Under the pieces are notes generated by a model that saw only the letters and a list, made by a program, of their open reading frames with translations, had not been told where the DNA came from and made no database searches. DNA of 32,000 nucleotides, taken from Acaryochloris marina MBIC11017 (GTDB lineage Bacteria > Cyanobacteriota > Cyanobacteriia > Thermosynechococcales > Thermosynechococcaceae). Position 1 is the first letter of the stretch. Each line of letters opens with the position of its first letter. The stretch lies in contig NC_009929.1 of NCBI RefSeq assembly GCF_000018105.1, forward strand, positions 60,001-92,000, given 5' to 3'. Both the position numbers and the translations under genes were made by a program. This document shows positions 8,193-16,606 of this stretch, piece after piece.

Positions 8193-10376
8193 GAGTATTT
8201 AGAGGGAATTTATGAAGGTGGAGAAAGACTATGTTTTCAGAAAAATAAACATCTTTTTGAGCAATCATATGAATTACAAGGAACAAGAGGTCCACAATTT
8301 CTAGTCATATATTCATCACCAATTATCAAAAATGAAAAGCTAGATAATTCTTTAGATAGCTTAGCTAATAATATAGCTGCCTTAGAAGATATTCAGTCTA
8401 TCTCGTCAAACTTTGATAACTCATTAAGAGGTATAGAGTTATGCAGAGAATTCTTGCAGCAAATTCAAGATAAAATTTCAATTACAGGTGCTCAAAATAA
8501 TTTTGCCCAGTTAGGTAAGATTTTAGACTGGTCAGCATTAGCAGAAGTTACATTACTTAATTGGCATGAATTATTATCAAATATTTCATCGACACAAATA
8601 ATTTTTGAATTATCAATAGATGAATTTTGTATATTTTCTCAAGGATTTTATCGCTATGATTCCAAAAAATATTGTGATTGGTTTAATCAGAATTATGACT
8701 CTATTATTGGATATTTGAAGCTTAATCTTGACTGTTTATCGCTTGAATTATTTGATGATGAATTATATTTCGAATTCTTAGTTGATTTGAATTCTGATGA
8801 TCCGAGTGGGTATGAAGAAACAAATTCACGACTAAGGAGATTTCGTTCAGCAATTCCTTTTTGTAAACAATATCAATCACATGGAATCTGGTTGTCGATA
8901 AAAACACCATTATTTAATGATACAGATAAAAATGTGAATAAGGATTTACTACCTTATAGTTCAGATGGTACTAAAGTTAATACTTGGCATGAAGTTGCCT
9001 ATTCAAACTTCATACCCGATAGTTATTATGATTTTCAAAAGGCATGGAATCTCATCAGAACCGATGCAATTGAATTTGTCAAGTATTTATCAAAATTTTT
9101 TCGTAGTCTTCTTACTCATGGCTCGGATCCAAAAATAAAAAATCATACCTCAAATATAGAAGTTTTTATAACTTTAGATAAAGCACTCGATAACTTTCCA
9201 TCTAGCTATGATGATAGTTCCGAGATAATTAGTTCATTACTACCATGTTCCTTACAAACTATCTTGAAAAAAGATAGTTATACAAATAAGTTATATCAAA
9301 GTTTTCATACATTTTTTTATAAAATGCGTGACTCTTTATTAAATCCAGAAAGTATAAATAACACAAAAGATATTATATTAAATTCATTCCTATTTGCTAA
9401 TTATTATTTACCAAAGCTACACCATGAATTTGATACGCTATTTGAATCTTGTCCTGATTACTTCAATATAAAATCGTTGAACTCAATTGAGAAGTCTGCT
9501 TATAGTACTCTAGAAGATTTGTTGCAGGCATGTTTTTCATTTAAAATTTTTCTAATTAATGAAATAGAAAAAGAATTACAAAAATCAAGAGAATATCAAG
9601 TTCAGATTTTAACTAATAAAACAACTGAAGTATCTAATTTCTTAAAAGATATTGGTATCGATACAGTTTTATCATCAGATGTATATAATCTGTATGATGA
9701 AAAACATGATTACATAAATAGGTATTTCTCTCTTGCTTTCTCTGTCCATAATCCATTGAATTATCTTGAAGTTCTCAGATCAGTACTCGAAGCTATTTTA
9801 AAAATAAGTAATATTGCAGATTTCTTCTGCCTAATTCCTGTTTACAAAGAAAAATTGTTTTTACCACCAAGAAATGGATATCATATTAGCTCCCTTTCAC
9901 TACTTAATATTCTAGGTAGTGGTGAAGATCTAAATTTACTTGAATTAGTAAGTATTACCCATTCTTTGACCATTCAAGAACTACCAGAATCTACTTTTTC
10001 ATATCTGCCAGAACTAGAGTATGAAGAATATCTCCCTTTAACACTAAAAGGTGAAGCTGTAGCACTATATACATTAGTAATATCACTTGTAAAATACGCT
10101 CGAGCTATTCACAGACTTATGGCAACAAGAAATGATTATGAAGTTAAGCTTTATGAACAACATCTTAGTAAAATCTATGCTTTTAACAGGAATATTCTCA
10201 ATAAAATTCATGAGTTAAAAGATAAATTTGCTTCATACTCAAACCAGCAAATTATTGACATGAATTTACTTAGTTTTCAACAATTCATTTATAAAGCATC
10301 TGAAAACTTAGAAACACCATCAATTGATAATATTTTATCTATTGATATATCTTCTGATTCTATTGATTTATCCTAA
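8193..10376 (+). pseudogene. C-terminal 727-codon fragment of the IS-split nuclease-NTPase gene (tracked from TTG 8454)
   Basis: The frame is open from 8193, immediately after the right target-site copy. 8193 is in phase with 8454 (261 nt apart) and with codon 7386-7388 once 7389-8192 is removed. No ATG, GTG or TTG occurs in frame between 8193 and 8454. Very AT-rich. Confidence 0.75.
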
Positions 10377-10741
10377 CTGAATTCAAAGCAAAATGGTTTG
10401 AAATTTTAAGAAAGGCTATCAGATTAAATGAGCGTCATTGTTTATCTTTACTTATAAATTTCTTTGGATGAGGTAACTCAAAAAACTTATGACTTATCGT
10501 TTATTTGAATGCTCAAGCTGAAAAGCTTTTCACTGAAGGCATTATAAGAATAACCAATAGTAAACTGTCCTTCCGAGAGGGTGGAAATAGAAAGCACTCG
10601 TCAAGGTCTGCTGCTGATTTAGTTGTCACCAGCATGTCTGTCCCAGACCTTTCGTTAGCAGGGGAGCTGTCGGGTGAATATGGGTTGCTGCATAGCTCTG
10701 ATTGATCTACTTAGTGTGGGGAAGATATAGTTGAACCTCGT

Positions 10742-12997
10742 CTAATTCTCTTTCAAGGTGGCAGCAAATCGTTTTCGTAGCAAGTCATGGACAAAGCGGT
10801 ATCGACCACCAGTCCGCTGAATGAATCGTTGGTTTTCGGCATGGTCGAGGAATCTTGCGTAGTTCCAAGGAGCGACCCCTGAGTGATAAAGGGCTATTCG
10901 CAAAGATAGGTGTTTACATGCTGCATTTAAGCCGAAAATCAACCCTCCAGTCAGCCCTCCAGTCAGCCCTACAATCAACCCTCCAGTCAGCTCGTTAAAT
11001 AGCCCGCCAACTACCCCACTAATCAGCCCGAAAATTAGCCAAACAATCAGTCCATTGCTGATAGAGTCTTTAATCCCTTGATTAGCATTTGTTTTATCCC
11101 GAGCATCAATTTGAGAAGCTGTTATTCCGCTAATTAGCCCAAAAATCAGCCCACAACTCAACCCGCCGAAAAGCCCGCTACTTAATCCGCTACTCAACCC
11201 GCCAAATAGTCCGAAAATCAGCACGCTGCCCAGTCCGCTTCGATAGAAAGCACCCCAAGAGAAGCTGAGCTTTTCTGATGTTGTGATATGAGTCAGTCCG
11301 CCAAATAGTCCGAAAATCAGCCCGCTACTCAGCCCGAAAATCAGACCGCTACTCAGCCCGCTACTCAACTTGTGAATCAGCCCATAAATCAACCCGCCAA
11401 TCAACCCACCAATCAGTCTGAACATCCAGCAATACTGATTATAAGCTTTGGAAGTATCCAACCATGAAGGTTGCAATTTCTCAATTAGAAACTCTGCTGA
11501 TCCTTCAAAATCTAGTTTGCTTGCTAACCAACTTAGATAGTGATGTGTTTGCTTTGGAGTGGGAGCCTTTCCTTTGGGGTATGCTCCTCGAAGGTTCAAA
11601 TCATAGAGTTGTTTATGGATATATTCATCTAGTAATTCTTCTGTACTACTTATGTTTTGCCCTTTATACGCAACCACTAAAATAAGTAGAAATAATGGTG
11701 AATGAGCTAGTTTCATGAGTTCAGGCTGGCTTTGAAGTGCTTCCCATAATGAATCTCGCTTTCGTTCCGGGAGCTTTAGCTTATGGAGATAGTCATGAAT
11801 CTGATCATCTTCTAGTGCCTGTAAGTAAATTGCTCCATTCAATTGCTTTAGATATTCCCCTTGTTGTTCAAGTGCTTCATATTCCTTGCGCCGACAACAC
11901 ACAACCAGGGGTAAAGCGAATCTAGTTAGAAAGGCATTGATTTCCCGTACGCATTGAATCTGTTTTGCTATCCATTGTTGGTCTAGAACTTCAGGTGTGA
12001 TCTCATCACTCGCTACTGCACGAATTTGACGGTTTTTATGGAAGAAAATTTGAAACGACGCAAATACCTTCCTAACTGCTGAGGGAATCCAAAATTGCTG
12101 GTGTCTGAAACCCCTAATTAAGGATTTCATTTTTGTTTGCTCGTAACCTTCAAATTTATGCACATCTACCCTTCTCAGTTCGTCTAAGCCATCCAGCAAT
12201 GGAAGTAACTGATGATGTCTCATCCAGTGCTTCGAAACAACGAAAGGGACACTATACTTCTCAAACAATTGCTGAGCTAGCCAATCAGCAAAATCCTGTT
12301 CTGCTTTCCATTCGGATAGTTGAAAGATTACGGGAATAGGTTTATCAAGTGATTGCTGTGCTTGGCTCAGTAAATCTCTAGCTAGAGCTAACAGTTCATT
12401 TGTCTTACCAGACCCCGGTTCTCCTAAGATCAACAAACGTCCTTTAATACTCTCCTGTTTATAGAGTTCTTGAGTAGATTTGCTGGTACTTACAGCTTTG
12501 GGTGGTGTGGATTCTAGGAAACGCTGGAATGTGCGTCTGATAAAATTTACGGTTATTTGTTCAGTTTCTTCTTCTTGAGCAGGTATTAAATTTCCCTGCC
12601 CAACCCGTTGCCGTTGCTCTTCCCTCTTAATGTCAATACGAATTTTGTTGTAGAGAGAGTCTTCCAAACGCTCAACAACTTGCTTGAGCAAGATCTCAAT
12701 TAGTTCTTCTCGTACTTTTTGTCGTTGCGCTTCTGTGATTTCAGGTTTCTTGCGAACGAGGTACTTTTGAGCAAAGACGATGATTGTATCTAGATTGCCT
12801 GTCCAAATAGCGATAGCTGTTGTAGCCACAGCTATAACAGCAAATCCTGCAACGCCCCACCTAATCGTTGGATTTTTGTTTAGTAAATCTATTACTGGAT
12901 TATTTTGTGAGTTATCCACTTGTTGGACTATGATGTTCGCTAGTATCCTCAGCAAATGAATTGTACGTAGGCTGCCCAATTCAGAAATTACAAACAT
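10742..12997 (-). CDS. NACHT-type STAND NTPase with an N-terminal TM helix and C-terminal glycine-zipper TM arrays (751 aa)
   Basis: Walker A GEPGSGKT at nt 12401-12424 and Walker B LLPLLDGLDEL. The N-terminal hydrophobic stretch is WGVAGFAVIAVATTAIAIW. There are three C-terminal hydrophobic blocks of GL-x-x-GL repeats. The tail ...WNYARFLDHAENQRFIQRTGGRYRFVHDLLRKRFA is typical of cyanobacterial NACHT proteins. Confidence 0.85.
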   Translation of the reverse strand: MFVISELGSLRTIHLLRILANIIVQQVDNSQNNPVIDLLNKNPTIRWGVAGFAVIAVATTAIAIWTGNLDTIIVFAQKYLVRKKPEITEAQRQKVREELIEILLKQVVERLEDSLYNKIRIDIKREEQRQRVGQGNLIPAQEEETEQITVNFIRRTFQRFLESTPPKAVSTSKSTQELYKQESIKGRLLILGEPGSGKTNELLALARDLLSQAQQSLDKPIPVIFQLSEWKAEQDFADWLAQQLFEKYSVPFVVSKHWMRHHQLLPLLDGLDELRRVDVHKFEGYEQTKMKSLIRGFRHQQFWIPSAVRKVFASFQIFFHKNRQIRAVASDEITPEVLDQQWIAKQIQCVREINAFLTRFALPLVVCCRRKEYEALEQQGEYLKQLNGAIYLQALEDDQIHDYLHKLKLPERKRDSLWEALQSQPELMKLAHSPLFLLILVVAYKGQNISSTEELLDEYIHKQLYDLNLRGAYPKGKAPTPKQTHHYLSWLASKLDFEGSAEFLIEKLQPSWLDTSKAYNQYCWMFRLIGGLIGGLIYGLIHKLSSGLSSGLIFGLSSGLIFGLFGGLTHITTSEKLSFSWGAFYRSGLGSVLIFGLFGGLSSGLSSGLFGGLSCGLIFGLISGITASQIDARDKTNANQGIKDSISNGLIVWLIFGLISGVVGGLFNELTGGLIVGLTGGLTGGLIFGLNAACKHLSLRIALYHSGVAPWNYARFLDHAENQRFIQRTGGRYRFVHDLLRKRFAATLKEN
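10920..11430 (-). repeat. in-frame short tandem repeats (12-nt periodicity) encoding GL(I/S/T)xGL glycine zippers
   Basis: Visible DNA repeats such as cagccctccagtcagccctccagtcagccctacaatcaaccctccagtcagc, and agcccgctactcagcccgaaaatcagaccgctactcagcccgctactcaac. Confidence 0.8.
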
Positions 12998-13411
12998 ACC
13001 CCAAAAGTCTTGTGAATATAACTTTTTTATTGCATTGTAGTTTTAAAAGTCATAATATAGCTTCGTTTTTCTGGTGCTTACCCTTGAGCTTCAATAGGAA
13101 AATAATTTTAGATCCTAATATAAAAATTAGATCCCTCAAACTGCCTAGCTTAACACTTCATCCCAGTAATTTGAATGATATTGTACAATCTAAACTTGAT
13201 CGTAAGAGATAGTAAAATTAATAATGAATTTATAAATGTATCTGACAAAAAAATTAAAATAGAAAACTTCGAAATATGTTGATAGGTAAAATAACTAAAA
13301 TTCACTATAAATATGAAGTATGGTGCCTAAAATACGCTGCTTTAACATTAGCAATGATGAGATGATAGAATACTCCTTAAACATATTTTTTAAAGTAATT
13401 AATCATTTGAT

Positions 13412-13915
13412 ATGTTATTCAAAATTAGACTCTTTGTTGCAGGATTAATGGGAGCAATTATAACATTTATAGGATTTTACATATTATTAGTTTTGACCGA
13501 CTTAATTGTTCCTTACACTAGTCGATTATACTTTCTGCATATAAATACTATTTTGCAGATATTAATTGGGATAATCCAAATGTTTGCTTTAATTGGTCTA
13601 GGTGATATTGTTGGTAGATTTGTATCATTTTTTGCAAAAAATAGATCAAGTAATTTGACAAGAAAGGTAGCAAGTTTTTCCTATCTATTTGGCTGCTCTA
13701 TTGTAGTAATTTTCTACTTTTCTAATTTAAAATCAGAAAATTTATCTAGGAATATATTTTTCAAGGCCGTTAATATAATACTGTCTCTTATTCCTTCCAT
13801 AATACTTACCTTGAGGACAGGAAGAGTAGAGCCTTTATATACATGGATTTTGATAATTCCTAGAGTAATTGGTATGTATGCAGGTAGTACCCAAGCCTAC
13901 GAACAAGCAAGCTAA
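13412..13915 (+). CDS. hypothetical multi-pass membrane protein (167 aa)
   Basis: At least four hydrophobic segments. AT-rich like the split gene. No SD sequence and no recognisable family. Confidence 0.55.
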   Translation: MLFKIRLFVAGLMGAIITFIGFYILLVLTDLIVPYTSRLYFLHINTILQILIGIIQMFALIGLGDIVGRFVSFFAKNRSSNLTRKVASFSYLFGCSIVVIFYFSNLKSENLSRNIFFKAVNIILSLIPSIILTLRTGRVEPLYTWILIIPRVIGMYAGSTQAYEQAS

Positions 13916-14165
13916 TTGATCGTAGCTATTGACTTATTGATGCCTTAGCTTACGAGATGTTAACTTTTGATTTTGTTAGGTTAATTTTCTTTATTCGCTA
14001 ATGAATTATCCTAACACCTACTTATTCTTTAAGTTCACTCCCATAATTAATTCAATACTACCAATAGTCTCCTATAAATCTGTCAGGATTAGTTAGCCAG
14101 ATTTCATGAATTAGCCATTCCCTCCTCAAACTTTCTGATTTTTAGTGAGTAAGGCAATACATGTC

Positions 14166-14195
14166 AAACCCCTGACCATTGCAGCCAGAGGTTTT
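14166..14195 (-). terminator. putative intrinsic terminator downstream of the 14214-14651 gene
   Basis: On the minus strand CCTCTG..CAGGGG forms a stem with one mismatch, followed by TTTG. It lies 19 nt past the stop codon. Confidence 0.4.
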
Positions 14196-14213
14196 CCTTG
14201 TATTCTCTGTTAC

Positions 14214-14651
14214 TTACGCCACCATCCCCAGCGGATCGGCTGGCAGCTCAATCACCTGACCCTTCCGACTGGCCTTGCAGCCCGCTAGCAACTCCTCCCA
14301 AGCCTTCCGGGTGCTGAGCTTGTCGTGGGAAATTCCCCAGTCCTTCAGCTTGGCCTTGAGTGCATTGGTATCGCTTACCTCATAGTGAGCAAGAACTTCG
14401 GTTTTGATATCACTGAGCTTGGTCTTGGTGGCCTTGGCATCCTTCCAGGGTTGATTGTCGATGTCGAAGTAGGTTGCCAGTCCAAGCCAGTAGCCACGGG
14501 TACGGGCATCGTTGGTATCATCGGGCCACTTAGCGGAAACGGCCTTTCGTAATTGGGCAGAGGTGGCAAACTCGCCTTCAAAACCTGGCTTGCTAGAGGC
14601 AGTAGCTGCGGCAAGAACTGCACTCTTTAGAGCGGATAGTGTGTATCTCAT
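14214..14651 (-). CDS. hypothetical protein (145 aa)
   Basis: GGAG about 11 nt upstream of the ATG and protein-like composition. The C-terminal half shares a ~45-aa motif with the product of 15762-16088. Confidence 0.65.
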   Translation of the reverse strand: MRYTLSALKSAVLAAATASSKPGFEGEFATSAQLRKAVSAKWPDDTNDARTRGYWLGLATYFDIDNQPWKDAKATKTKLSDIKTEVLAHYEVSDTNALKAKLKDWGISHDKLSTRKAWEELLAGCKASRKGQVIELPADPLGMVA

Positions 14652-15001
14652 TGTTTAATACTCCATTTTTGTAGTGTTGCGGATGGTCCGCATTCGGGCC
14701 TCGTCTAACGCTCTGAGGGGCGGGCGTTTATCGAGATGCCTTCTCGCTGATTTCAAGGGTTATCAGGAACCTTTTCGATGTAATTAGTATAAATCCCCTG
14801 ATATTGGGAATCAAGGACTTCACACTAGGAATTTCTTATCGATTCTCTTGGTTGAATAAGCAAATGCTAGTGTGCTAGTGGTTGCAACATACTTGAGACT
14901 TTTATCTCTTCAAAGATATCTTGGTATGGCCTTGGGTACACTATGTATATGGCTAAACCTTTTTTGAGAAGGTCAATTAGCTTCGTTCGACCGAAAAAAC
15001 G

Positions 15002-15757
15002 ATGCCTAGTCCCACTGAAAGACCAAATACAGATTATACGAAGCGAAACAATATTCGTAGAATTGTCAAAATTGCATGTGCTCCTTTACTTTATAAGGTT
15101 TTAGTTGAGAAGAGAGACCTTGCGGGTGAGTTGGTCAGAGATGCACAAGGGAAAAAGGTTCTTGAAGAGATACCGCTACAGGATGCCACTAGCGCTCAGC
15201 TTTTTAATCACTATCGCCACAATGTTACTAATTACGAGGAGGCTATAGATTTAATTAAACAGTCTCAGAATGGCTATATTAGCGATAAGCAGGTCAAGTG
15301 GTGCTCTGCTGCTTCTGCTGAAGTGGTTATGGCTGTTTTAAGGACTGAGCATGAGATCACGTTAGAGAAATACTTTGAGCTGGAGAGTGATTTTCAAGAT
15401 ATTATTGAAGCCGCTCAGACCAATAACCTATTTGATATTATTCAACTGATCAGACAGTCAGTCGGTAACGCTGTGGAGTCTACTCTTCAAAAGTCATTAA
15501 TCAGAGCGAATAATAGTAGAAACACGTATCGTAATGAGAATAACTTACAGCGTTGCAAGCTCTACCTGATTGATGACACTGTTAACCATGAAGATGATCT
15601 TAGTGTCATCAGAGAACGGGTAAACATAGTTCTAAAACAGCGAGGGACAAACAAATTAGCTGAGGCTTGGGCGAAATTAACTGACTGGGAAAGTTCTGAG
15701 GTTATTGAGCTTTTCAAGCGTGAAGGACTTATTCGAGACCTAAAAAAATTGGAATAA
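15002..15757 (+). CDS. hypothetical protein (251 aa), first gene of a three-gene operon
   Basis: Long open frame. Contains NHYRHNVTNYEE, reminiscent of the RH-x-x-T-x-Y-(D/E) signature I associate with DUF2293; this is unverified. Confidence 0.65.
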   Translation: MPSPTERPNTDYTKRNNIRRIVKIACAPLLYKVLVEKRDLAGELVRDAQGKKVLEEIPLQDATSAQLFNHYRHNVTNYEEAIDLIKQSQNGYISDKQVKWCSAASAEVVMAVLRTEHEITLEKYFELESDFQDIIEAAQTNNLFDIIQLIRQSVGNAVESTLQKSLIRANNSRNTYRNENNLQRCKLYLIDDTVNHEDDLSVIRERVNIVLKQRGTNKLAEAWAKLTDWESSEVIELFKREGLIRDLKKLE

Positions 15758-15761
15758 GTCT

Positions 15762-16088
15762 ATGAAGAAAATCAAAGAATTGAAGTCAGAGGTTTTTGTC
15801 TTACTGAATGTTACTTCTACAATTCAATTAAAGAAAGAATATAAATCAATAGCCAGTGGTAAGGATTTCCGCTTCAAGAAAACGTGGATTGAATTACTAG
15901 AGAGTCTTACTAAATGTATCGACTTGAAGGCATCGGCTAAGGTAATTAAACAGAGTATGCATCGAGTTGGCCGGGCTGTCGGCAACTCCTATCAACAGAC
16001 AGAAGAGCAGATAGCAACTATAAAAGAGCGCGTACGGCTCAAAAAAATTGCTCAAGGGAAAGATCGTCTTGTTGGTGGGGGAATATGA
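15762..16088 (+). CDS. hypothetical protein (108 aa)
   Basis: Starts 4 nt after the upstream stop. Its stop overlaps the next start (ATGA at 16085-16088). Confidence 0.6.
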   Translation: MKKIKELKSEVFVLLNVTSTIQLKKEYKSIASGKDFRFKKTWIELLESLTKCIDLKASAKVIKQSMHRVGRAVGNSYQQTEEQIATIKERVRLKKIAQGKDRLVGGGI

Positions 16089-16384
16089 GATTTACAACGG
16101 CGAAGTCTTTAATCAACCTTGATCCTCTACCTGAAATCTGCGGTATATATTTTGTTGTGACTGCGGAAGATGAAATTATATATGTCGGCCAAACAACGAA
16201 TCTCAAAAATAGATGGAAAGATGGGCATAAGGTTCTCAAGCGTATGCTTGCAGAAGGTATAGACCCAACTAAAGCAAGATTAGAGTGGCAAAAATTTCCA
16301 AAGCGCCTGTTGAACAGAGTTGAAAACTGTGCAGTAAGGGTTCATCAACCACGTCTTAATGAAAAATCTCCACCTGTTTTATAA
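16085..16384 (+). CDS. minimal GIY-YIG nuclease domain protein (99 aa)
   Basis: GIYFV...IIYVGQTTNLKNRW...GH...VENCAVRVHQPRLN carries the GIY, YIG, Arg, His, Glu and Asn positions of the GIY-YIG core. A G-rich SD (GGTGGGGG) lies upstream. Confidence 0.75.
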   Translation: MRFTTAKSLINLDPLPEICGIYFVVTAEDEIIYVGQTTNLKNRWKDGHKVLKRMLAEGIDPTKARLEWQKFPKRLLNRVENCAVRVHQPRLNEKSPPVL

Positions 16385-16606
16385 ATCTTCCACAGGATAC
16401 TTTAGATTTATTTTAGTAGAGAATGTATTTGTCGGATTCTCTAAGAAATAAATATGTATACCTATAATAACTTAGATTTTTGGCCTGGGTGAAGCTGTTA
16501 AACCCTTTGGTTATTCTAGGCTCAATAAGTTTCAAAATATATTTAAAGTTGAAGTAATCCCTGGGAAATACTTGATGAACTCACTAATGCTTTAATCTCA
16601 AATGTT

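Noticed and set aside
10505-10705. A 66-aa ORF in the convergent intergenic region between the two STAND genes. I also hand-translated short minus-strand frames here.
   Set aside because: No SD sequence, implausible sequence, and the alternative frames are equally short. This is probably non-coding 3' spacer.
10920-11430. Regular short DNA repeats that at first glance could suggest a repeat array.
   Set aside because: The period is about 12 nt, there are no unique spacers, and the repeats are in frame within the NACHT CDS, encoding GL-x-x-GL. They are coding repeats, not a CRISPR array.
11464-12339. Plus-strand ORFs antisense to the NACHT gene (11464-11685, 11737-11925, 12133-12339).
   Set aside because: They are antisense to a well-supported CDS, have no SD sequence, and their sequences do not look protein-like.
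12961-13212. An 83-aa ORF overlapping the NACHT start and the AT-rich spacer.
   Set aside because: It overlaps the 5' end of a real gene on the other strand. The open frame is AT-rich and low-complexity.
16435-16445. The 11-nt string gattctctaag is shared with the palindromic repeat copy at 904-914, which hinted at a fifth motif copy upstream of the TPR gene.
   Set aside because: In 32 kb roughly 120 chance 11-mer pairs are expected ((32000^2/2)/4^11). The flanks match only loosely.
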